Shown piece by piece: positions 37,868 through 46,766 of a stretch of DNA of 64,000 bases (its first letter is position 1; every line of letters starts with the position of its first letter). The translations under genes and the position numbers were made by a program. Where the stretch lies: positions 1,963-65,962 of the forward strand of contig JBDGZZ010000022.1 of assembly GCA_039588335.1 (NCBI GenBank), written 5' to 3'. The notes beneath the pieces were generated by a model, which worked only from the letters and a program-made list of their open reading frames with translations, did no database searches and was not told the origin of the DNA. This DNA is from Gemmatimonadota bacterium. GTDB lineage: Bacteria > Gemmatimonadota > Gemmatimonadetes > Gemmatimonadales > GWC2-71-9.

Positions 37868-38719
37868 ATGGAAGTCTCGACCATCCTTGGTTCTGCAGCG
37901 ATACTCGGAGGGGTAGGGCTCACGTTCGGCACGCTGATCTCCCTTGCCCACCTGAAGCTCAAGGTTTGGGAAGATCCCCGAATCGACGAAGTCACAGACC
38001 TTCTGCCAGGTACGAACTGCGGAGCCTGCGGACGAGCCGGATGCCATGCGTTCGCTGAGGCGTTGGTAGACGGCAACGTGCAGCCGGCGACATGTACAGT
38101 CATGGGCCCTGACGATGTGTTCGACGTGGCTGGGTACCTTGGCGTGGAGGCTGGCGAAGCCAACAAACGTGTGGCTCGCCTGCTCTGCGCGGGCGGATGC
38201 GATGTCGCCGAGCAACAGGCCGAGTATAGAGGCTTGCGGAACTGCAAGGCCGCTGTGACGGTTGCCGGAGGCGGTAAGGGATGCGCCTGGGGTTGCCTAG
38301 GGCTGGACGACTGTGAACGATCGTGTGATTTCGAAGCGATCTACATGAACGCAGTTGGGATTCCGATTGTCATCCCCGAGAAGTGTACGGCGTGCGGTGA
38401 CTGCGTTGAAGCTTGCCCTCTCGATTTGTTCACTCTGATGCCGATCGAGCAGAAGTTGATCGTGCAGTGCAAGAACCTGATAGATGGTGACGAGGCGGAG
38501 GCCGCCTGCAAGGTTGCGTGCACGGCGTGCGGCAGGTGCGCCGCTGACGGGGCACCAGGCCTGATCGAGATGGTCAACGGCCTCGCAGTTATTGACTACG
38601 ACAAAAACGAGTTGGCTACTCCGGACGCCATCGCCCGGTGTCCGACGGGGGCCATCGCATGGGTTGATGGAGCTCAGTTTGCTGATACGCCCGAATTGGC
38701 GAGGAGCGCTACGGTATGA
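37868..38719 (+). CDS. rnfB: Rnf complex subunit B (membrane-anchored polyferredoxin)
   Basis: N-terminal TM helix, NCGACGRAGCHAFAEAL...ATC motif, and ferredoxin-type CTACGDCVEACP and CTACGRC...RCP clusters. Confidence 0.9.
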   Translation: MEVSTILGSAAILGGVGLTFGTLISLAHLKLKVWEDPRIDEVTDLLPGTNCGACGRAGCHAFAEALVDGNVQPATCTVMGPDDVFDVAGYLGVEAGEANKRVARLLCAGGCDVAEQQAEYRGLRNCKAAVTVAGGGKGCAWGCLGLDDCERSCDFEAIYMNAVGIPIVIPEKCTACGDCVEACPLDLFTLMPIEQKLIVQCKNLIDGDEAEAACKVACTACGRCAADGAPGLIEMVNGLAVIDYDKNELATPDAIARCPTGAIAWVDGAQFADTPELARSATV

Positions 38720-41700
38720 AACGCAACAAAGCTAGTGAAGCATCAGCTAAGGCCAAGTACCCCGGGATCGTTACCGCGGTTGACGGGAGTACGGCAGTCG
38801 TCGAGGTGGAAACTGCGGCCAGCGAAGCGGCCGGTGCATATCCGATCACGCCGTCCACGCAGATGGGTGAGGGGTGGGCTGCCGCGTTGGCGGCGGGCAG
38901 GAAGAACGTAAATGGCCGCAAGCTGATCTTCTTCGAGCCCGAAGGAGAACATGCGGCAGCGGCGGTGACCGCCGGTATGTCGATGACCGGTCTGCGGGCA
39001 ACGAATTTCTCCAGCGGTCAGGGCATCGCATACATGCACGAATCGCTGTACCCGGCGGTGGGTAAGCGGCTGACCTATGTGCTGAACGTCGCAGCTCGCG
39101 CGATGACAAAGCACGCCTTGAACGTGCATGCCGGGCACGACGACTACCACGCGGTCGATGATACGGGTTTCTTCCAGCTCTTCGCCAAGAACCCTCAGGA
39201 GATAGCCGACCTCACGCTGATCGCGCACCGGACGGCCGAGCTGTCGCTGAATCCGGGGCTGTGTGCCCAAGACGGGTTCCTCACCAGTCATGTGATCGAG
39301 TCGGTGAGGCTGCCTGAGCGCGAGATGATCAAGGAGTATCTCGGCGATCCGTCAGACATCATCGAATCGCCCACGCCGGCGCAACGTCTCGTCTTCGGTG
39401 AGAAGCGCCGCCGGATTCCGGAGATGTTCGACCTAGACTACCCGGCGATGATCGGTGTCGTTCAAAACCAGGATTCCTACAATCAGGGCGTCGCTGCCCA
39501 GCGTCCGTTCTACTTCGATCACGTAGTGGCTCTTGCCGATCAGGCGATGGCCGAGTTCGAGGCGCTGACCGGCCGGCGCTATGCTCGCGTAATGTGCTAC
39601 CGCATGGATGATGCGGAATACGTGATCGCGGGACAGGGATCGCTGGTGTCAAATGCCGAGGTTGTTTGTGACTATCTGCGCGAGAGTAGGGGTCTCAAGG
39701 TCGGGGTCCTGAATGTCACCATGTTCCGTCCGTTCCCTTCAGACCTGATGTCTGAGACGTTGCGGGGCAAGAAATCCATCACGGTACTCGAACGAACAGA
39801 TCAGCCATTGGCTGTAGATGCCCCACTATTGCGAGAGATGCGGGCGGCCATGGGCAAAGCTCTGGAGAACTCGCGGGCAGGTGCTGGTGAAGTCCCGCAT
39901 TCGGGCGTTGTGTCGTGCGGTGCAGATGAGATCCCGGAGTTCTTCTCTGGTTGCTTCGGACTCGGCAGCCGGGACATTCAGCCCGGTCAACTCGTGGCCG
40001 CAGTTGAGAACATGTTGGAGGATGGAAAGAGACGACGTCAGTTCTATCTGGGGATCGATTTCGTGCGTGCGGGGACCCAGTTGCCCAAGCTTCAAATCTG
40101 GCAGGAACAACTGCTCGAGGGCTATCCCGACATTGCGGATCTGGCGCTGGCGTCGAAGGAGGATCTCAACCTACTGCCCGAGGATGCTATCTCCATCCGT
40201 ATCCACTCAGTGGGTGGATGGGGAGCCATCACCATGGGGAAGAACCTGGCAATGACGGCGGCCGACCTTTTCGGCCTCAACATCCAGGCGAATCCCAAGT
40301 ATGGGTCCGAGAAGAAGGGGCAACCGACCACGTTCTACGCGACGCTGGCAGAAGAGGTGCTGCGGCTGAATTGTGAGTTGAAGCATGTCAACGTTGTCCT
40401 CGCTCCTGACCCCAATGTGTTCAAGCACTCGAATCCGCTGGCAGGGATTGCGGACAACGGTGTCTTCATCATCCAGAGCGATTTCGACGCAGAGACTTTC
40501 TGGAACAGCCTGCCGGGGACGGCGCAACGCGCGCTGAAGTCGAAGGGCGTGAAGGTCTACCTGCTAGACGCGTTCGCGATCGCTTCGGCCGAGGCATCGG
40601 ATCCGGCACTGCGGTATAGGATGCAGGGTGCGGCATTCATGGGTGCGTTCTTCCACGTTTCACCTCTAGTCGATCGGTATAAGCTGGAAGAGGAGAAGCT
40701 ATTTGACGGCATTCGCGCGCAGCTGAAGAAGAAGTTCGGGCACCTGGGCGAACGTGTGGTTGAGGACAACGTCCGGGTCATTCGGAGGGGCTTCGATGAG
40801 ATCAGGGAACTGGACATCGAGCACCTGAGTACAGAGAAGTCAGAAGCTGGTTCAGTGCCGCAGATGCCGGACGTTCTGGACGGTGCGGGCTGGCAGGACG
40901 GAATTGGCAACCCCGGAAGATTCTGGGAGCAGGTCTGCCATCTCTACAAGACGGGAGATGATGGCATTGCTGATCCGTTCGCGGCGATCAGCGCGATTCC
41001 GGCAGCAACGAGTACCATCCGCGATATGACGGATGTTCGCTTTGAGATCCCGGACTTCGTGGCGGAGAAGTGTACCGGTTGCGGCCAATGTTGGGTGCAA
41101 TGTCCGGATACTGCGATTCCGGGATTGGTGACCGAAGTCGACCAGGTCATCTACGCGGCCATAAATACGGTGTCCAACGGTAAGTCGTACGACCGATTGC
41201 GACAGGTGGTACCGCATATCGCTCGCGAATCGCGGCGCATAATGAAGGGCGTCGCAGTCAAATCGTTTGCCGATATCATGTCGAGCGCTTATGAGAGTGT
41301 GGCGGAAAAGCTGAAGCTCGATCCGGAGCGGCGTTCGGCACTCGACGGCGAATTCGGTTCAGTCTATTCAGCCTTGGCCGACTTCCCGCTTGCGAAAACA
41401 GCCCCATTCTTCGATGTCCCCGAGGATCAGGAGAAGGGAACCGGAGCGCTCCTCTCAATCACGGTCAATCCGGAGACGTGCAAGGGGTGCAATATCTGTG
41501 TAGACGTGTGCCCTGACGAAGCACTCGTGACGATCAAACAAGATGAAGAGGCAGTTGACAAGCTGCGGCGGAATTGGGCGTTGTGGCAAAACCTGCCGGA
41601 AACGGACGATCGGTACATCAACATCTCTAACATGGACGAAGGCATCGGGGTTCTCTCGTCCCTGTTGCTCAAGAAGCACAATTACAGGTCTATGATGGGT

Positions 41701-43755
41701 GGTGACGGGTCATGCATGGGCTGCGGTGAGAAGACGGTCATTCACCTGGTCTTGTCAGCAGTCAACGCGCTCATGATTCCACGAGTGCAGAAATATGTAG
41801 ACAAGTTGGACGACCTCATATCACGACTCGATGCCAAGGCTCGGGACATACTCGTATCTGAGGCAGATCTGGATAAGGTCGGGTCAAGTGAGGGTGAGGT
41901 GGAGATCCCCCTCGAGAAATCGAAGCAGGGACAGGTCGAGCACTTGAACAGTGTCATGCACGATCTGAAGGATCTCCGCTGGCGATATGCGGAGGGACCA
42001 AGCGGGAAAGGTAGGTCGACCTTGGGCATGACGAACGCCACGGGTTGCTCATCCGTGTGGGGGAGTACCTATCCATATAACCCGTACCCATTCCCATGGA
42101 CCAACCATCTGTTCCAGGATGCGCCTTCCATTGCGATCGGAATCTTCGAAGGCCACATGCGGAAGATGGCAGATGGTTTCATTGCCGTCCGTCGCGCTGA
42201 GCTGGAGTTGAGCGGAGAGTATGAGGCCGAGACACACGAGCCTTTCTTCTCTGAGTTTGACTGGCGCCAGTTCGATGACGCCGAGTTCGCCATGTGTCCG
42301 CCGATCTTTGCCGTGGGCGGCGACGGCGCGATGCTCGACATCGGTTTCCAGAACCTGTCGCGACTGCTGGCATCTGGGAAACCGATTCGGGTTATCGTAC
42401 TGGACACACAAGTCTACTCGAATACGGGAGGACAGGCCTGCACCAGCGGATTCCTGGGTCAGGTGTCCGACATGGCGGCCTACGGTGCCGGGCAGCATGG
42501 GAAGGAGGAGATGCGCAAGGAACTTTCTCTGATCGCCATGGCACATGGGCGAGTCTTCGTACTTCAGTCAACGCAGGCGGCTGCATCACATTTGATCGAA
42601 GGTGTACTGAAGGGGCTCCAATCCAAGTGTCCTGCCGTGTTCGGGCTGCATTGCCCTTGTCCTCCAGAGCATGGACTGGGCGACGACCAGGCCACCAGGG
42701 CATCACGTCTCGCCATGGAGAGTCGAGCCTACCCGGTTCTGATGTACGATCCGTTCGGTGGGGACTATATCAGCGAACAGCTGACTCTGGACGGGAACCC
42801 CTCGGTAGACGAGACATGGCCTACCTATGAGGTCAGCTACCTCGACGACGGTGGTGAAGAGAAACGACTCGAGTTGCCGGTTACGATTGCCGACTGGGCT
42901 GCCACGGAGACGCGGTTCCAGAAACACTTCAAGACGATCAAGGGCGATGTAGATGAAGACGGCCTGGTGCCGTTTCACGAGTACATGGTACTACCGAGCG
43001 ACGAACGTGAGGAAAAGACTCCCATCATCTATCAGATTGATGACGAGAAAAAGCTCACACGTCTCTTTGTGTCCGGCGAGATGGTCGAGCTGGCCGAGGA
43101 TCGGCTGCGAGTCTGGTCGCAACTCAAACAAATGGCTGGACTCGAGTTGGCACCCGACGTGAGGGACGGTGTCGAGTATGAACTGGAGGCGGAGTTCAAC
43201 AAGAAGGCAGAAGCTCTGCAAACAGAGTACACAGCGCAGTTGGCGCAGTTGAAGGCGCGGTATCCAGCCCTGGTGGCTCGCAAGCTGGCCGAAGGGCTCG
43301 TGCGGGCAGGAAACGGTGGGCGGACAGTCGAGGACTTGCTGGCTCAGGTTCAGGAAATGCCGCTTGCTCCCGTCACGGCCGAGATGGCTGGTGACGGCGA
43401 CCTTGCGGCGGCTCCGGCGGCTGCAACGGCGCCGGGAACAGTAGCGGCGGCTACAGCCGTGGCTGAGGCACCTGCGGCCGTAGAGGAGGAGGAAGAGGAG
43501 GGGCTGGTGATGGAGCCGTACATCGATTCGGCTCGATGCACCACGTGCGATGAATGCACGAACCTCAACAATAAGATGTACGCATACAACGAGAAGAAAC
43601 AGGCATATATAAAGGATCCCAGGGCAGGAACTTTCAAGCAACTTGTGCAGGGTGCCGAGAAGTGTCCCGTTCGCATCATACATCCGGGAACACCTCTCAA
43701 CCCGAGGGAGAAAGATCTGGAGAAGTGGGTCAAGCGGGCCGAGCCCTTCAACTGA
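38716..43755 (+). CDS. por: PFOR/NifJ-family single-polypeptide 2-oxoacid:ferredoxin oxidoreductase, unusually long (1679 aa) with a C-terminal ferredoxin domain
   Basis: AYPITPSTQMGE (domain I); HSVGGWGAITMGKN...PKYGSEKKGQPT (domain III); CTGCGQCWVQCP and CKGCNICVDVCP (domain V); GDGSCMGCGEK, ATGCSSVWG, GGDGAMLDIGFQNL and VLDTQVYSNTGGQ (TPP domain). The C-terminal part has an Ala/Pro/Glu linker followed by CTTCDEC...CP. Confidence 0.9.
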   Translation: MKRNKASEASAKAKYPGIVTAVDGSTAVVEVETAASEAAGAYPITPSTQMGEGWAAALAAGRKNVNGRKLIFFEPEGEHAAAAVTAGMSMTGLRATNFSSGQGIAYMHESLYPAVGKRLTYVLNVAARAMTKHALNVHAGHDDYHAVDDTGFFQLFAKNPQEIADLTLIAHRTAELSLNPGLCAQDGFLTSHVIESVRLPEREMIKEYLGDPSDIIESPTPAQRLVFGEKRRRIPEMFDLDYPAMIGVVQNQDSYNQGVAAQRPFYFDHVVALADQAMAEFEALTGRRYARVMCYRMDDAEYVIAGQGSLVSNAEVVCDYLRESRGLKVGVLNVTMFRPFPSDLMSETLRGKKSITVLERTDQPLAVDAPLLREMRAAMGKALENSRAGAGEVPHSGVVSCGADEIPEFFSGCFGLGSRDIQPGQLVAAVENMLEDGKRRRQFYLGIDFVRAGTQLPKLQIWQEQLLEGYPDIADLALASKEDLNLLPEDAISIRIHSVGGWGAITMGKNLAMTAADLFGLNIQANPKYGSEKKGQPTTFYATLAEEVLRLNCELKHVNVVLAPDPNVFKHSNPLAGIADNGVFIIQSDFDAETFWNSLPGTAQRALKSKGVKVYLLDAFAIASAEASDPALRYRMQGAAFMGAFFHVSPLVDRYKLEEEKLFDGIRAQLKKKFGHLGERVVEDNVRVIRRGFDEIRELDIEHLSTEKSEAGSVPQMPDVLDGAGWQDGIGNPGRFWEQVCHLYKTGDDGIADPFAAISAIPAATSTIRDMTDVRFEIPDFVAEKCTGCGQCWVQCPDTAIPGLVTEVDQVIYAAINTVSNGKSYDRLRQVVPHIARESRRIMKGVAVKSFADIMSSAYESVAEKLKLDPERRSALDGEFGSVYSALADFPLAKTAPFFDVPEDQEKGTGALLSITVNPETCKGCNICVDVCPDEALVTIKQDEEAVDKLRRNWALWQNLPETDDRYINISNMDEGIGVLSSLLLKKHNYRSMMGGDGSCMGCGEKTVIHLVLSAVNALMIPRVQKYVDKLDDLISRLDAKARDILVSEADLDKVGSSEGEVEIPLEKSKQGQVEHLNSVMHDLKDLRWRYAEGPSGKGRSTLGMTNATGCSSVWGSTYPYNPYPFPWTNHLFQDAPSIAIGIFEGHMRKMADGFIAVRRAELELSGEYEAETHEPFFSEFDWRQFDDAEFAMCPPIFAVGGDGAMLDIGFQNLSRLLASGKPIRVIVLDTQVYSNTGGQACTSGFLGQVSDMAAYGAGQHGKEEMRKELSLIAMAHGRVFVLQSTQAAASHLIEGVLKGLQSKCPAVFGLHCPCPPEHGLGDDQATRASRLAMESRAYPVLMYDPFGGDYISEQLTLDGNPSVDETWPTYEVSYLDDGGEEKRLELPVTIADWAATETRFQKHFKTIKGDVDEDGLVPFHEYMVLPSDEREEKTPIIYQIDDEKKLTRLFVSGEMVELAEDRLRVWSQLKQMAGLELAPDVRDGVEYELEAEFNKKAEALQTEYTAQLAQLKARYPALVARKLAEGLVRAGNGGRTVEDLLAQVQEMPLAPVTAEMAGDGDLAAAPAAATAPGTVAAATAVAEAPAAVEEEEEEGLVMEPYIDSARCTTCDECTNLNNKMYAYNEKKQAYIKDPRAGTFKQLVQGAEKCPVRIIHPGTPLNPREKDLEKWVKRAEPFN

Positions 43756-43762
43756 TCTTCCA

Positions 43763-45085
43763 ATGTTCCACAAGTTCACGTTCCGGCACGGGGTCCACCC
43801 GCCCGAGCTCAAGCAGCTGACCGAGTCGCTTCGGATCCGGCGCATGCCGTTTCCGGACGAAGTGGTGCTACCGCTCAGTCAGCACACTGGGAAACCGGCT
43901 ACGGTAATGGTGCGTCCGGGAGACCGGGTCGAACGCGGCGACAAGATAGCTGATGCCGACGGGTTCATCTCCGCTCCGGTCCACGCGTCCGCCGCAGGGA
44001 CAGTGGAAGACATCGGTCTGTGGCCACACCCGCTGGGGTCATACTCGCCGGCGGTCCGAATAACAGTGGACCGCTATTCGGCACAAGCTGCGAGGCCCCG
44101 AGTAGTACCGGAGTGGGAGGGCCTCACTCCCGACGGGATTCGCCAGGCCGTGAAGGACGGTGGGCTGGTGGGATTGGGAGGCGCCGCGTTCCCCACCCAT
44201 GTGAAACTGAGTCCCCCCAAAGACAAGCAACTCGACACCCTCATCATAAATGGCTGCGAGTGCGAGCCCTATCTGACGACTGACCATCGTACCATGGTGG
44301 AGTATCCCGAGCGCGTGCATCTGGGGATTCGCATAATGATGCAATGTCTGGGTGTGGGCCGCACGATGATCGGTATCGAAAAGAACAAGCCGGATGCTAT
44401 CGACGCAATTCGGGATACGCTTCCTGCCGACCTGGATGTGACGGTACATCCATTGACGGTGAAATATCCCCAGGGTGCGGAGAAGATGCTCATCGAGGCT
44501 TTGGCGGAGAGGGAGGTGCCTTCTGGAAAGCTGCCGCTAGACGCCGGTGTGGTGGTACAGAACGTTGCATCGGTTGCCACTATAGCGGAAATCTTTGAAA
44601 CCGGGCTGCCACTGATCGAGCGTATCGTCACAGTCACCGGTCACGGCATCAAGGACCCGTCCAACCTGATCGTTCCGGTCGGTACCAAATTGGCTGATCT
44701 GCTCGATACGTGTGGCGGCCTCACGGACGACGCTTTCGAGATCGTGTTTGGCGGTCCCATGATGGGTGCTGCGCAGGCCAACCTCGACGTGCCGATTCTC
44801 AAGGGCACTACTGGAGTAGTGGTCCTCACGGAATCGCAATGCAGGGCCAAGGAGTCTCATCCGTGCATCAGGTGTGGGCACTGTCTGGATGCCTGTCCCG
44901 TCTTCTTGAACCCACAGTTGTTGGGGAGTTTGGCGCGAGCAGAGCGGTGGGAAGAGATGGAAGGCAACCACCTTCTCGACTGCATGTTGTGTGGCTGCTG
45001 TTCCTATGCGTGTCCCTCCAATATTCCGCTGAGCCAGATGTTTGCACTGGGCAAGGCTGCTCTACGAAAGAGCAAGGCGGCGTGA
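43763..45085 (+). CDS. rnfC: Rnf complex subunit C
   Basis: MFHKFTFRHGVHPPE N-terminus, GLVGLGGAAFPTHVKL, CIRCGHCLDACP and CMLCGCCSYACP motifs. ATG 43763 is preferred over the track start at 43643. Confidence 0.9.
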   Translation: MFHKFTFRHGVHPPELKQLTESLRIRRMPFPDEVVLPLSQHTGKPATVMVRPGDRVERGDKIADADGFISAPVHASAAGTVEDIGLWPHPLGSYSPAVRITVDRYSAQAARPRVVPEWEGLTPDGIRQAVKDGGLVGLGGAAFPTHVKLSPPKDKQLDTLIINGCECEPYLTTDHRTMVEYPERVHLGIRIMMQCLGVGRTMIGIEKNKPDAIDAIRDTLPADLDVTVHPLTVKYPQGAEKMLIEALAEREVPSGKLPLDAGVVVQNVASVATIAEIFETGLPLIERIVTVTGHGIKDPSNLIVPVGTKLADLLDTCGGLTDDAFEIVFGGPMMGAAQANLDVPILKGTTGVVVLTESQCRAKESHPCIRCGHCLDACPVFLNPQLLGSLARAERWEEMEGNHLLDCMLCGCCSYACPSNIPLSQMFALGKAALRKSKAA

Positions 45086-46086
45086 CGACACCTTCCTTTC
45101 TGATAACTGCCTCTCCACACCTGGGATCACGCGATACCACGCCGACTATCATGTGGTCGGTAGTCCTCAGTTTAGTTCCGGTCGTGGCGGTATCGATCTT
45201 CTACTTCGGACCCTCTGCTGTCCTTGTGATTTCAGCTGCAACCGCCGGGGCAGTCATCACGGAGTATGCATTTGGTGCCAAGGGAACTCTGAAAGACGGA
45301 TCGACTGCCATAACCGGAGTGCTGCTGGGATTGACGCTCCCCCCGGGATTGCCGATATGGATGGCCTTTCTGGGTGGGGTTTTCGGTATCGGATTCGGGA
45401 AGCTGATTTTCGGAGGCCTGGGGCAGAACATCTTCAATCCAGCACTCCTTGGGCGAGCGTTCCTGCAGGCGGCTTTTCCCGTTGCGATCACGACCTGGCC
45501 AGCGCTGGGTGGTAGCTGGTGGAGTCTGCGGGGCGACAACTTCGCACTTCCCTTGATGAGTCCCAATGTCCCGGACGCTTTGACCGGTGCAACACCGCTC
45601 GGGCTCATGAAATTCGATCAGATGACGACCGCGAGCAGCGATCTAATAATGGGGTCGGTGGGTGGTTCACTGGGGGAGACTTCCGGTGTCGTCATTCTGA
45701 TTTGCGGTGCCTATCTTGCTCTGAGGAACCACCTCAATTGGCGAATCCCGGCGAGCATATTCCTGACGGTGGCAGTTTTGGCCGGCGGAGTACACTTGCT
45801 CGATCCGGTGCGTTACCCCAACGCGATCTTCATGCTGTTTTCCGGCGGCCTGATGCTGGGAGCGGTGTACATGGCGACCGACATGGTGACTTCGCCGGTC
45901 ACAAACCGCGGCTGCTGGGTGTTCGGATTCGGTATCGGGTTTCTGGTGGTGGTCATCAGACTGTGGGGTGGGCTGCCCGAAGGAGTCATGTACGCAATCC
46001 TGCTCATGAACGCGCTGGTTCCGTTCATTAATCGGGCGACGCAACCACGAGTGTTCGGTACTCGGCTGAAGGAGGCACGGTCTTGA
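45082..46086 (+). CDS. rnfD: Rnf complex subunit D
   Basis: Polytopic membrane protein. GTG overlaps the rnfC stop (GTGA). DALTGATPL flavinylation motif; YMATDMVTSP. Confidence 0.9.
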   Translation: MTTPSFLITASPHLGSRDTTPTIMWSVVLSLVPVVAVSIFYFGPSAVLVISAATAGAVITEYAFGAKGTLKDGSTAITGVLLGLTLPPGLPIWMAFLGGVFGIGFGKLIFGGLGQNIFNPALLGRAFLQAAFPVAITTWPALGGSWWSLRGDNFALPLMSPNVPDALTGATPLGLMKFDQMTTASSDLIMGSVGGSLGETSGVVILICGAYLALRNHLNWRIPASIFLTVAVLAGGVHLLDPVRYPNAIFMLFSGGLMLGAVYMATDMVTSPVTNRGCWVFGFGIGFLVVVIRLWGGLPEGVMYAILLMNALVPFINRATQPRVFGTRLKEARS

Positions 46087-46766
46087 CCGGCGGTAGCCAG
46101 CAGGGCCAGGCGAACGGACCAGGGGCACCTCCCATGAGACCGGAGGTTCCTCCGTGGAAGTTACTGTCCACGCTCGGCACGGCCGGGGCTGTTGCTGGCC
46201 TCTTGATCGTCTTCGTTTTCGTTGCGACTGAGCCGGCCATCAAGGCCCACAAGGCTGAGGTGTTGAGGTTGGCGATCCAGGAAGTCCTCAAAGGTCCTGA
46301 CAGTTTCGACACGCTGTTTGTGGTTGAGGGGAGGCTGGAGGAGGAGCCACCAGCAGGAGTGAATCTCGAGGCACTCGAGCATGTGTACGTTGGGTACGGA
46401 GTGGATGGGAACCAGCTGGGATTTGCGATTGCCTCCGGGGAACCTGGGTTTCAGGACATAATCCGACTGATCTTCGGTTATGACGCATTCAATCGTACCG
46501 TCCTGGGCATGAAGGTCTTGGAGAGCAAGGAGACACCGGGGCTAGGGGACAAGATTGAGAAGAATCTGGATTTCGTGCAACAATTCGAAGGTGCAGTGAC
46601 GCCCCTCGAGGGAGTGAACCCGAGGCGCGCCACAGGTGACGAGCACGAAATCGACATGATCACGGGAGCGACGATATCCTCCCGTGCGGTAGTACGCATC
46701 ATCAACAACGCAATGGAGCGGCTGGGGCCGCTCATTGACGAATACAATGGCGGAGGGAGCCGATGA
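46083..46766 (+). CDS. rnfG: Rnf complex subunit G (FMN-binding)
   Basis: Single N-terminal TM helix and the DMITGATISSRAV FMN-attachment motif. The TTG start overlaps the rnfD stop; an alternative ATG lies at 46134. Confidence 0.85.
   Translation: MTGGSQQGQANGPGAPPMRPEVPPWKLLSTLGTAGAVAGLLIVFVFVATEPAIKAHKAEVLRLAIQEVLKGPDSFDTLFVVEGRLEEEPPAGVNLEALEHVYVGYGVDGNQLGFAIASGEPGFQDIIRLIFGYDAFNRTVLGMKVLESKETPGLGDKIEKNLDFVQQFEGAVTPLEGVNPRRATGDEHEIDMITGATISSRAVVRIINNAMERLGPLIDEYNGGGSR

Noticed and set aside
43643-43762. Upstream extensions of rnfC (43643), rnfD (44710) and apbE (47998) as given in the ORF track
   Set aside because: The extensions lie inside the preceding genes in other frames. The conserved N-termini and the start/stop coupling support 43763, 45082 and 48160.
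42991-43845. 284-aa minus-strand ORF inside the 3' end of por (also 43350-43763)
   Set aside because: It is antisense to sequence with clear PFOR and ferredoxin motifs. It contains translated complements of the Ala/Glu linker (runs of S, C, R), so it is a shadow ORF.
46134-46136. Alternative ATG start for rnfG (MRPEVPPWKLL...)
   Set aside because: Not rejected outright. The TTG at 46083 that overlaps the rnfD stop fits the coupling pattern of the whole operon, so it was kept as primary. The choice does not affect the functional call.
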